DNA of 64,000 bases from Blastocladiella emersonii ATCC 22665 (GCA_025594325.1 JANHCV010000005.1:496001-560000); one strand, 5' to 3'; counted from the stretch's first letter, positions 1 through 10,047 are shown. Numbers and translations are program-made. The notes: generated by a model from the letters alone, not told the origin.

Positions 1-1688
1 GTGACGTGGTCATTAGTGTGGTTTTGTGGAAATAGTCGAGGCTTACTTACCGCTGGCATGAGGTATGCGGCCGTGAACGCAGCAGGCATCGCGACGACTG
101 GAGGGGGTGAATGCACTGACCGAGGGGCCAACCAAAAAGAGAACCACAATTGCTCCACCGCCAAGGAGAGTGATTATGTGCAACGCCCCATCCGAACTTA
201 GGGCGGTGCTCATGGCCAGAATAGAGACAGTAATTGCCGCTGCAGCCAGATTGCGCGATAGTTCCAAAGCTGTGGGTGCCCATGGGTCAAATTCAGCAGC
301 ATGGGTTTGTTCGCACAAGTGAGCATCGTTCCACGAGGCAGTAATCGAAATCTTGAGTGATTATGGAGGATATAATAGAATAACCGGACTTCCGGCGAGG
401 CAAAGAAAAATCCCGCCACCACCAAGCAAAAAAGCAACGGCCACTAATGTGGAGCTTGACATGTGAACAAGCTTGACCAACAGCGCAGTACCCACGATAC
501 TCGCTGCACCAACCATAGCCTGCACAATTTCAAGACCCGCATTGCAGTCAACGAGTGGGGAGAGCATTCTGCTGGCGTGGGGCATAGGGAAATCAAGGGC
601 CAATTCGCGTGCAATAAAAGCGGAAAGGTGAAAAGGAAGAGAGGACAGCCATAAGACGAGCTCGAGCACATGCCTTCATTTTGTACTCAGCAGTAAGCCA
701 ATAGCCAAGTGGCATTATTGTCAGGAGTTGGCTGCTGAGTTTCTCCCACCTGAAATTTGCCTCAAGCCGGCGTAATGGTTCATCAAAACATTCTGTTTTT
801 CACGTGATGGTTCATTTCGTGCTCCATCCCCTGTCTCCAACGTCAGTCTCCAACTTCTGACTGACCAGCTCCAACTTTCTGGCCCTTGGGCTCCAGTCAC
901 TCCCCGCATCGTCAACTCCTGCATTAAATGCAAATTCGTCCGTCAAAAAATAATGAGGGTTCTTTGTGCTCGAATTCGTGTGTGCGGAACGCTTGTCGCG
1001 CGAGCTTGAGCTACTGAGTGACTGCGCCACCCGCTGCGCCACACAACTGTGTCAATATGCTCTGGCCCCCTTGCACGGACTTTCCTGCTCCAGCTCCAGC
1101 TTCAGCTCCAGCTCCAACTTCTTCTTACCCTAGTCCTGGGACCTGTGCCTTCTGATTTGCAAGAATCATGTTACTCCCAGGCAGCGATGTTACTCCCAGG
1201 CAGCGAACCCCTCTTGTGGCTGATCGTACCATACATGTCGCAAACGGTGATGTCAAGTAGCTTCAGAACAGTGAACTTCAAGGCGGCCGCACACAGCCCA
1301 AGAACGCGCCCAGAAACTGGCCGACTGCACAAGCGAACCTACGTGAACGCGTTGCGCCACTTGGTCACTGTGGCGCATCCTGAAACAGTTCATTGATTTG
1401 ATCACTGGTACACCGTCCCTGGCTCTCAGCGAGCCGGCCGGCACATTTCCGTACAACATCACTGCTCGCTTGCTAGAGGACGCTGCAACAATCAAAATGT
1501 GGATGTGGATGTGGACGTGGGCGAAGCGGGCGGCGGCGGCGGCGCAGTGGATGTGGGCGACTTCACTTCGGGCAGGAGGCAACGGAGTTTGATGGGTGGG
1601 GACCGACTGCAGCACGGGCATATGTTGAGGAAGCGGCAACAAACGCGACGTGGAAAGCTTCCTGCGAGCGGGAAATGCAAGAGTGAGC

Positions 1689-2021
1689 TCAACGAATCAA
1701 GCTTGCAGATGAAGAGGTTTGACTGTACTCGTTCGTCGCACCAACGACGTTGACGAGTAATTTGAAGCCCCAGCGGCCAAGACGCGCGAGCGATTTGATG
1801 GCCGAGATGACGCCCAAAATGAGAAGGACCGTGAGGACGACCATGTTTGTGTCGTCAATCGCCCATGTCACAAACTGCGGCAGAAACATCACGCACTTGA
1901 TTCTAGCAACCAAGAAAGGGATGATGATATTGGCGGGAAGGAATGCGATGGCCAGAACCAAAAGCACTGCGAGAACACGCGCCAACGCATGAACGAAGTG
2001 CAAGCGGGCGTTCGGAACGGG
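1689..2021 (-). pseudogene. 3' part of a split small membrane-protein gene (PVPNARLHF...SSSASLIR*)
   Basis: Hydrophobic ORF tail that begins at the 5-bp target site CCCGT (2017-2021, minus strand) and joins in frame to the ORF start at 3388-3536. Confidence 0.65.
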
Positions 2022-2775
2022 CGGGTAGAGGTCGCGGAGGTTTCGGAGGAAGGTGGCTGGGTCTTGGCAGTTGCCGCGGGTTGGGTGGCGGTAGTTGATG
2101 CGGGTGCTCTCGATGTCGGTGCGCAGCTGCTTGTCGACGCTGGTGGTCGACGCGGCGGGAGCGGCTGGCGAGGCGGCGGCCGGCGCGGCCGGGGGCGCCT
2201 CAGCGGGCAGCATGTCGACGGCGAGGTTGATGATGTTGTTGTAGCGCGAGTGCGCGGCGATGAGCGCGTCCAGCGCCTTGGCGGCCTGGGCCTGCAGCTT
2301 GGGCGGGTGGGTGGCCGACGTGCCGTTGCCCTGGGACGGCGCGGGTTGCGCGGCGGCGTCGATGGCGGCCGAGCAGGCAGCGAATTGCTCACCGAGTAGC
2401 TGGCGCAGCTCGGCGGCGCGCGCGCGTGCGGCGGGCACGGCCTGGGGGTCCTTGGCCGCGGTGCTGCAGGTGCCGGGGAGCGCGGAGATGTCGCTGCAGA
2501 GCGCCGGCGAGATGATGAAGGTGGGGTTCGAGGCCATGTGGAAAACTACTTGAAAAAAATGTTGATGCCGACAGAAGGAGGCGGGAGACAAGTAGTCAGG
2601 GATGTCTATTCCTGCCTTCGGCCCCGAACCCAAGACGGGGAGAGGGGAGAATGGATAACAAAGCAGGGCGCGCCGCAGCGGGGTGCGGAAGCGCGGGAGC
2701 GAGGGATTGCGGGCGGCTCACGCGAGATCAGATGATTGATCACCGCGGTCGTGGCCACATGAACGACACGCAACA
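2022..2775 (-). mobile_element. Truncated inverted copy of the Ty3/Gypsy element (5' LTR, leader and gag N-terminus, 754 bp)
   Basis: Reverse complement of 3537-4290, with an identical gag translation up to LRDLYP; the only difference I found is one LTR base (2689 vs 3623). Confidence 0.95.
2560..2775 (-). repeat. LTR (216 bp) of the truncated copy
   Basis: TGTTG...CAACA termini on the minus strand; matches the LTRs at 3537 and 8673. Confidence 0.95.
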
Positions 2776-3387
2776 AAGAGCGTTAGACTTGTCACTCGGA
2801 CTCACTGCGATGGCAGCTAGTCGCTGGACCTCAACCAGAGCGCTGCTGCGCGACAAAGCGATGGCGACACGGACTGCAGTGAGACCGAAAGAAGACGGCG
2901 ATGCCGTATATATCTGGGCAGTCTGCGCAGGCGTTCGCTGAGCGGGTCCGCAGCGCTCATCTCGACCAGCGACCGTTCCACCACGGGTCCATGCATCGCG
3001 GCTACCTTGATTGTCACGCGACGGCAAGAAGCAGACGCCTTCATAGGCGGTGATGGGAGATTCACGCTCAAGTCCTGCTCGTGACCGCAGAAGGGAGTGC
3101 GGGCCAGAGGTGCTGCGGCAAGGGTGAGTTGAACGGCGCGTCGGCGCGATGCGTCTGGGAGTCACCGCAGCCATTCCCATGCGCCCATCTGACGCGCGTG
3201 AGTTCGCTCCGGCCGCGCGCGCTTTTGCGCAGATCCTCGCTCTCCACATCAGCTGTGGAATTACTCTGCGCACTCAACGCACCATGCAACTTATGGAATT
3301 GGACTCGGTGATCTCAAAGTCTCTCTAAGCCAGCACCCCCGCGCTTCCGCTCGCAAGCTCACCCGACTCCAGTCCGCGCACCCAATC

Positions 3388-3536
3388 ATGCCCGTGCCAA
3401 ATGCTCCCGTGGGCTACGCCCTCAACCCTGAAATTTTGCAGTGCATGCGCGACATGCAAAAAAAATGGGTCATTGCCTTGCGCAACCCCAACTACAGGGC
3501 TGTCAACATTCGATTTGTACACCCAAACGTGCCCGT
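3388..3536 (+). pseudogene. 5' part of the split membrane-protein gene (MPVPNAPVG...HPNV-PV)
   Basis: ATG at 3388; codon 49 starts at the CCCGT target site (3532-3536) immediately before the LTR. Confidence 0.6.
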
Positions 3537-3752
3537 TGTTGCGTGTCGTTCATGTGGCCACGACCGCGGTGATCAATCATCTGATCTCGCGTGAGCCGCC
3601 CGCAATCCCTCGCTCCCGCGCTGCCGCACCCCGCTGCGGCGCGCCCTGCTTTGTTATCCATTCTCCCCTCTCCCCGTCTTGGGTTCGGGGCCGAAGGCAG
3701 GAATAGACATCCCTGACTACTTGTCTCCCGCCTCCTTCTGTCGGCATCAACA
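3537..3752 (+). repeat. 5' LTR
   Basis: TGTTG...CAACA; differs from the 3' LTR at one position (T3622 vs C8758). Confidence 0.95.
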
Positions 3753-3767
3753 TTTTTTTCAAGTAGT
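3753..3767 (+). promoter_or_regulatory. Non-tRNA primer-binding site candidate (TTTTTTT-CAAGTAGT)
   Basis: Directly follows the 5' LTR; lacks the TGG of tRNA PBSs; 3760-3767 is the reverse complement of LTR positions 3716-3723 and 8852-8859. Confidence 0.6.
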
Positions 3768-3774
3768 TTTCCAC

Positions 3775-5138
3775 ATGGCCTCGAACCCCACCTTCATCAT
3801 CTCGCCGGCGCTCTGCAGCGACATCTCCGCGCTCCCCGGCACCTGCAGCACCGCGGCCAAGGACCCCCAGGCCGTGCCCGCCGCACGCGCGCGCGCCGCC
3901 GAGCTGCGCCAGCTACTCGGTGAGCAATTCGCTGCCTGCTCGGCCGCCATCGACGCCGCCGCGCAACCCGCGCCGTCCCAGGGCAACGGCACGTCGGCCA
4001 CCCACCCGCCCAAGCTGCAGGCCCAGGCCGCCAAGGCGCTGGACGCGCTCATCGCCGCGCACTCGCGCTACAACAACATCATCAACCTCGCCGTCGACAT
4101 GCTGCCCGCTGAGGCGCCCCCGGCCGCGCCGGCCGCCGCCTCGCCAGCCGCTCCCGCCGCGTCGACCACCAGCGTCGACAAGCAGCTGCGCACCGACATC
4201 GAGAGCACCCGCATCAACTACCGCCACCCAACCCGCGGCAACTGCCAAGACCCAGCCACCTTCCTCCGAAACCTCCGCGACCTCTACCCGCTGCACAACC
4301 TGTACAAGCTGCTCAACGCCGCCACCACCACCGTCAGCCACGACGCCCAGGTCGTGTACAAGTCGATGGTCCGCGAGGGCGCCGGTCTTGAGGAGCACCA
4401 GCTGATCGCCCACTTCTTTGACCACATGGACCGCGCCGCCATCGTCCGCTACCTCGACCTCTTGTTCCCCGCCACTCTGGGCCTCACCCTCGAGCGCCAC
4501 CGCGTTGTGTTTGTCCGGCGTCTCCGCAAGGGGGGTTGCCTGGATCCCACCGGCCACCTGCCTCCCGCGCTCCTCTCCTCGTTCCTCAACTCGGTCAAGG
4601 GCATCAAGGACAACGTCTACAACGCCCTCTGCCACACGCTCGGCACCGCCACCTCCAAGCGCACCCCGCTCACGCTTGTCAACCTCATTGGCCCCCACGG
4701 CTACGTCCAGATCGCCTCGCGCAGCAAGGCGCCCGCTGGCAACGCTGGCGACGCCTCGTCCGCCGTGCCGGCCGCGCGCACAAGGACAAGGACAAGAACA
4801 AGAACAACAACAACTACAACAACAACAACAACAACAACTACAACAACTACAACAACAAGAACAACAACAACTACAACAACCACCGCGGCGGCGGTGCCCA
4901 CGACAAGAACGGCCACTACAACAAGGGCAAGGCCGGCCATGATGACCGCGCGTCCCGCGACGCCCCGCGCGCGCTTCTCGCCGTGCCCGACGACCGCCAT
5001 GATTGTGACCGTGGTGGCAGCGACGAGCGTCAGCGCTCGCGCTCCCGCTCCGCTGTGCGCGAGCGCGCCCCGCGCAACTACCACGCGGCCGTGGCGCCCA
5101 TCTGGCCCGCGGGTCTTGAGACCAAGTTTGGCAGATGA
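3775..5138 (+). pseudogene. gag-like ORF with a probable frameshift near 4750-4780
   Basis: ATG at 3775 just after the PBS. G/C-ending codon usage moves to the KDKDKNKNNN... frame after about 4780, which ends at 5138. Confidence 0.7.
4781..4881 (+). repeat. (AAC)n-rich microsatellite inside gag
   Basis: Run of AAC/AAG/TAC triplets, reading as poly-Asn or poly-Thr depending on frame. Confidence 0.9.
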
Positions 5139-5559
5139 CCTCGAGCGCTCCCGCTCCAAGTTCGTCTCCTCGCCTGCCCGCGCGGTCAACAGCATTCCCC
5201 GCCCCCAGCCCCTGCTCGCCCACCACCTCCGTTGTCCTCGCCCTCCTGCCGGCGTCCGCCACCAGCCTGTTCGCGCACCTGCTTGACAAGTTCTACCACA
5301 TCATTGTTGGCTCCCGCCTCGGCCCCACCTCGGCCCGCGCTGCCACCGTCACCCACAACGATCCCCTTTGCGGCCGCCTCGGTCCCGTCGCGCATTTCGC
5401 CGCCCCCGCCCGCTCTGGTGCGCGCTGTGAGCACGACGGCGCCGGTGTGGTCGACCCCGACTGGCTGGGCACGCCCGCATTTTTGTGACCTGGGCATGCG
5501 CGTCCATCTGCGACCTGTACATGGCGCTTGTCGCTCACAATAATAATATCTCTGACCTC

Positions 5560-5874
5560 ATCATTCCGGCTCTATCCAGCCCGATGTCGTCTTTGCGCGC
5601 TCGTTCGGCTGCGGCGAACCGCACGCCCATTCGCAGCGAGCCTTCTCAGTGCTACCCGGCGTTCCTGACCGTGCGTGCAGACCTGTTCCTCGACGACATC
5701 ATTCCGGCTCTATCCAGCCCGATGTTGTCTTCGCGCGCTCGTTTGGCTGCGGTGAACCGCACGCCCGTTCGCAGCGAGCCTTCTCAGTGCTACCCGGCGT
5801 TCCTGACCGTGCGTGCAGACCTGTTCCTTGACAACATCATTCCGGCTCTATCCAGCCCGATGTCGTCGTCGCGC
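5560..5874 (+). repeat. 138-bp (46-codon) tandem repeat, about 2.3 copies, at the RT N-terminus
   Basis: ATCATTCCGGCTCTATCCAGCCCGATG recurs at 5560, 5698 and 5836. Confidence 0.95.
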
Positions 5875-6885
5875 GGCCCGTTTGGCATCAAGACCCTCTC
5901 GGCGCAGTTCCGGGCCGTCATGTCCAACATCTTCCACGACATGCCATTCGTGCGCGTCTTCATTGACGATCTCGTCATCTTCTCGGCCTTGGTCAAGGAG
6001 CACACGCAGCACCTCGTCCTCGTTGTCTACCATCTCACGCGGTGGAACCCCCGCCTCAACCCCGCCAAGTGCTTCTTCTACTGCGCACGCATGCACCTGC
6101 TCAGCCACGTCGTCTTGGCCGAGGGCGTGCAGCCCGCCAAGGCCAAGGTCGTCTCGATCCGCAACTGGCCGCGCCCAACGTCTGGCAACCAGGTCCAGAA
6201 GTTCCTCAGCCTCGTCAACTACCTGCGCGCCTACATCCCGCTCGCCGCGGTCCTCATGCACCCGCTCGACGCGCTGCGCAACCTCAAGCGCATCGACCTC
6301 GACGTCCGCAACGTGTGGACCGACGAGTGCGAGCAGGCGTTCCTCGCCTTAAAGGCCGCCGTCGCCGCCGCCGCCGCCCCATGTCTCGCGCCGCCTGATT
6401 TCTCCAAGCCGTTCTTCGTCGCTACCAACGCCTCAAACGTCCGTCTCGGCGCCGTCCTGTTCCAGGGTAGCCGCGAGTCCCCGCGCTACATCTCGTTTGC
6501 CTCTCGCTCTCTGCAGCCCGCCAAGCAGAACTACTCGGCCACCAAGCGCGAGCTCCTCGGCATCGTCTTCGCGCTCACTCGCTTCTTCTACTACCTCCAC
6601 GGCCGCCGTTTCGCGTTGTTCACGGACCACGCGGCGCTCACCCACATGTTCACGCAGAAGCGCCTGTCACCCATCCTCGAAAACTGGCTTGACACGCTGC
6701 TCTCCCTCTCGTTCTTGGTCACGCACCTCCCCAGCGTCCTGAACGTGCTGCCCGACATCCTGTCGCGCCTGTATAATACCGACGCCCGTGCCCATCTCGT
6801 CGCCATCAACCGCGCCGGCCGTTGTCCTGTATCGCGTTCCCCCCGTGGGCGCCCGCTGGTGGGGGGGGGTCCCTCCGGATCCTCT

Positions 6886-7266
6886 CCCGCGCCGTCTCTC
6901 CCCGAGTGTGCCCTCGGCGACGGCGAGCTCGAGCAGCTCATGACGCACAATCTCTCCCTCGCGGAGAATTGTGCTCAACACTTTTTCCTCGCGCCGGCCT
7001 CGCTCCTGCCCGCGGAGCGGGCCCGCGCTTTTGCTGCCGCACCCACCCATGGGGGCAGCTCTTCTTCAACACCCGCGCCGTCTCTCCCCGAGTGTGCCCT
7101 CGGCGACGGCGAGCTCGAGCAGCTCATGACGCACGATCTCTCCCTTGCGGAGAATCGTGCTCGACACTTCTTCCTCGCGCCGGCCTCGCTCCCGCCCGCG
7201 GAGCGGGCCCGCGCTTTCGCTGCCGCACCCACCCATGGGGGCAGCTCTTCTTCAACACCTGCGCCC
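6886..7266 (+). repeat. 186-bp (62-codon) tandem duplication between RNase H and integrase
   Basis: PAPSLPECALGDGELEQLMTH... unit starts at 6886 and 7072, with a partial third start at 7258. Confidence 0.95.
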
Positions 7267-8660
7267 GCCGTGCACGCCCGCGTCGTCGCCGCCGCACCCG
7301 CCCCCGAGGGTAGCGCGCCGCGGCCCGAGTTCTCGCCCATCGGCACCATCCCGCCCGCGCAGCGCCTCAACACGGCGCCCGTTCCGCGTGACCAGCGCGA
7401 CCAAATCATCCGCGACTTGCACGACTGGGGGCCACTCGGGTCCCGCGGCCACACAGCAGCAGCTCGTCGTCCTCGGCCACGAATGGCCTGGCATGCTCGC
7501 CGACTGCCAGCGCGTCATTGCTGGTTGCATCCCGTGCGCGCGGTTCTTGGCCACGCGGCAGGGTTTCCACCCGATGCGCTCGATTGAGGCGCTGCTGCCG
7601 CTCGACCACCTGTCCATGGACTGCATGCAGCTGCCCATCTCGCCCGACGGATACACGCACGTGCTCGTGATCATCAACATCTGCACCCGGTTCGCGTGGC
7701 TACACCCGATCCGCTCCGCGTCTGCTGGCGAGGTCGCCACCTGCTTCCTGGCCACGTGCTTCCAGTTCGGTTTCCCGCGCATCATCCAGTCCGACAACGG
7801 CCCCGAGTTCGCCAACCAGATCATCGCCTCGCTCGCCGACATGGCCGGCATCGACTGCCGCCTCGTGTCGCCGTACCACCCGCAGGCCAATGGCGCCTCG
7901 GAGCGTCTCGTTCGCTCGGTCAAGGAGATGCTGCTCCCCTCGCTCAACGGGCAGCTCAACCGCTGGCCCGCCATGGTCCCGGCCATCCAGTACGCCTACA
8001 ACACGCGCGCGCACGCGCGCCACGGCTCGACGCCCTTCTCGCTCATGTTCGCGCGTCCCGCCAACGCGCTCCGCGACTACCGCGCGCAGCCGCCCCTCCG
8101 CGACATGACCAAGCAGGAGCAGCTCGCTCACCTCAAGCTCATGACCGAGTCCATCTACCCCGCGCACCACCTGCGCCTCATCCAGCCCGAGTCGGCGCCT
8201 TTGGGCGAATCGGACACCATGCGCAACATCCTCCGTCATCGCCGGCGCGAACGGCGAGCGCGAGTACCTGGTCCGCTGGTCCGATCGCTCCGCCAAGAAC
8301 TCGTGGATCCCCGCCAGCAGCTTCGACACCGCCGGCGCCATCAACAACTACCACAAGAAGATCTCGGCCAACACCTGGCTCGAGCGCCAGCGTTCGCTGC
8401 AGCGTCTCGCCCCCAAGGTCGCCACGTCTTCCCCTGTGCCCGCTCCACGCCAAGATCCTGCTCCTCGCCAAGTCTCGGCCGACAAGTCGCAGTTCTCGGT
8501 CACGCAGTCCTCAGCCGCCTCATCGCCCGCCCGCGCCAACCCGAAGCGCGCGCGCTCACCCTCGCCCGACCCGCCGTCGTCCATCACGCGCAGCTGGTCC
8601 GGTCGCCAGCTCAAGAACGCGGTGCACCAAGGGTTCGTCAAGTCGCTCAGGTCACGGTCT

Positions 8661-8672
8661 GGGGGGAGGTGA
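8661..8672 (+). promoter_or_regulatory. Polypurine tract
   Basis: GGGGGGAGGTGA immediately before the 3' LTR. Confidence 0.85.
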
Positions 8673-8888
8673 TGTTGCGTGTCGTTCATGTGGCCACGAC
8701 CGCGGTGATCAATCATCTGATCTCGCGTGAGCCGCCCGCAATCCCTCGCTCCCGCGCCGCCGCACCCCGCTGCGGCGCGCCCTGCTTTGTTATCCATTCT
8801 CCCCTCTCCCCGTCTTGGGTTCGGGGCCGAAGGCAGGAATAGACATCCCTGACTACTTGTCTCCCGCCTCCTTCTGTCGGCATCAACA
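8673..8888 (+). repeat. 3' LTR
   Basis: TGTTG...CAACA, followed by CTCTT (8889-8893). Confidence 0.95.
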
Positions 8889-9468
8889 CTCTTGTCGCAC
8901 GAGCGGCACATGGATCAATCGCCTCGCACGAGAAGCACATGGATCTAATGCCAACTTCGCGTCGTTCGTGTTGCGCGGGTCGAAGGCGCAAGTTGATGCG
9001 GCGATCCACTGTTGGTGGTCTGGGCCGATCGCGGGATGTGAGGCCTTGCGGTCGACCATGAACCGTAGTGTGGCCACTACGCAGCTCATAACAAGCGAGA
9101 CGACGAAGAGATGTCCAACCTAGGGCTACGAGGAACGGACCTGTTCCTCGCCACGATCCCGCGCAGCCCCGGCCGTGGAACTCGCCGACCACACAGATTG
9201 TTGCCGAGGCCAAGTCGAGGGCTAAAGCCCTCTATTTTTCCCTAGGTGACGCGCCCGGTAGGAGCGTGACGTGTCTCCCTGGCCCACGTGCGTCACCCAC
9301 GTGTTTCACGGGATATAACCAACGCGCCCGAGTCTCCCACCCTCAAGCTCTCTCGCCTGCAGTCAATCGTGATAGTAACAAAAAAAAATCAAATATTGTG
9401 AATGAGAGGACAGCAACAACAAAAGAGGGAAACCGAGGAAGTGGAGAGAGGAACACGACGTCGTTCAG

Positions 9469-10010
9469 TTAACTGCGGCCGCCGCGGCGGCGGCGGCGCT
9501 TGGGGACCGCCTCAAACTCGTCCTCGTCGACGTCACCGCCCTCTTCGGCGGACATGGCGGCCGTGCGCTTGGGCGCGTCAGCGGGAACGGCCGTGGCCGA
9601 CGCGACCTCGCGATCCGTCGTGCCCGCCTCCTTGATGATGGGCGCCGCGAGCGCGACTGTCGCACTTAAAGTCGACGGCGACGGCGACGCGGCTGACGAG
9701 CCGACCGGCGGCCCGGCGGGCTGTACGGCGGTCGAGAGCGTCGAGGTCGACGACGACGAGGCGACGGTCGCGTCGACCTGCGAACGGCGGGCTGCACGGC
9801 GGTCGAGGACGACACAACGACGCGTTGGTGATCTGCGGTGCAGCGGTCTGCACGGCCGTCGTCGAGGAGGACGACGAGGCGACGCCGTCGTTGAGCTCGC
9901 GCAGGATCCCCGCCATGCGCGTCGTGAACTTGGGGTCCGAGTCGCCCTCCTTGTCGGGCACGTCAAACACGAACCGCGGCTGGCGCACGGGCGAGGACAG
10001 CGTCAGCCCC
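9469..10010 (-). pseudogene. 3' fragment of an unidentified gene (..PRFVFDVPDK...EDEFEAVPKRRRRRGGRS*)
   Basis: Strong G/C-ending codon bias on the minus strand, stop at 9469, 3'-UTR-like pyrimidine tract beyond it; no recognisable 5' end. Confidence 0.4.
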
Positions 10011-10047
10011 GAGCGCCGCCATGCCCACGGTGACAACGAGGTGGTAG

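Larger units (their letters stand above)
5235..8672 (+). pseudogene. pol remnant: degenerate protease, partial RT, RNase H, integrase and chromodomain
   Basis: RT: PFG...FIDD (5959-5970). RNase H: TNAS (D>N), KRELL, TDH. IN: H-x-GH...CxxC, SDNGPEF, YHPQANGASER. Chromodomain: EYLVRWSD...NSWIP (8262 onward). Frameshifts near 7427-7431 and 8245; stop at 8670-8672. Confidence 0.9.
3537..8888 (+). mobile_element. Ty3/Gypsy LTR retrotransposon of chromovirus type, defective
   Basis: Two 216-bp LTRs with TG...CA ends; domain order gag-(PR)-RT-RNaseH-IN-chromodomain; PPT before the 3' LTR; several frameshifts. Confidence 0.95.

Noticed and set aside
43-669. Hydrophobic minus-strand ORFs (43-318, 361-669)
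   Set aside because: Short, AT-richer than host genes, no recognisable motif or clean gene structure; possibly decayed membrane-protein fragments but not supportable.
1088-1520. (CTCCAG)n and (ATGTGG)n microsatellites and a 19-bp tandem duplication at 1168-1205
   Set aside because: Simple slippage repeats with no spacer structure; not CRISPR-like and no functional inference possible.
3679-3774. ORF extension MGSGPKAGIDIPDY... upstream of gag (also at 2633 and 8815)
   Set aside because: It is only the LTR and leader read in frame; the plausible gag start is ATG 3775.
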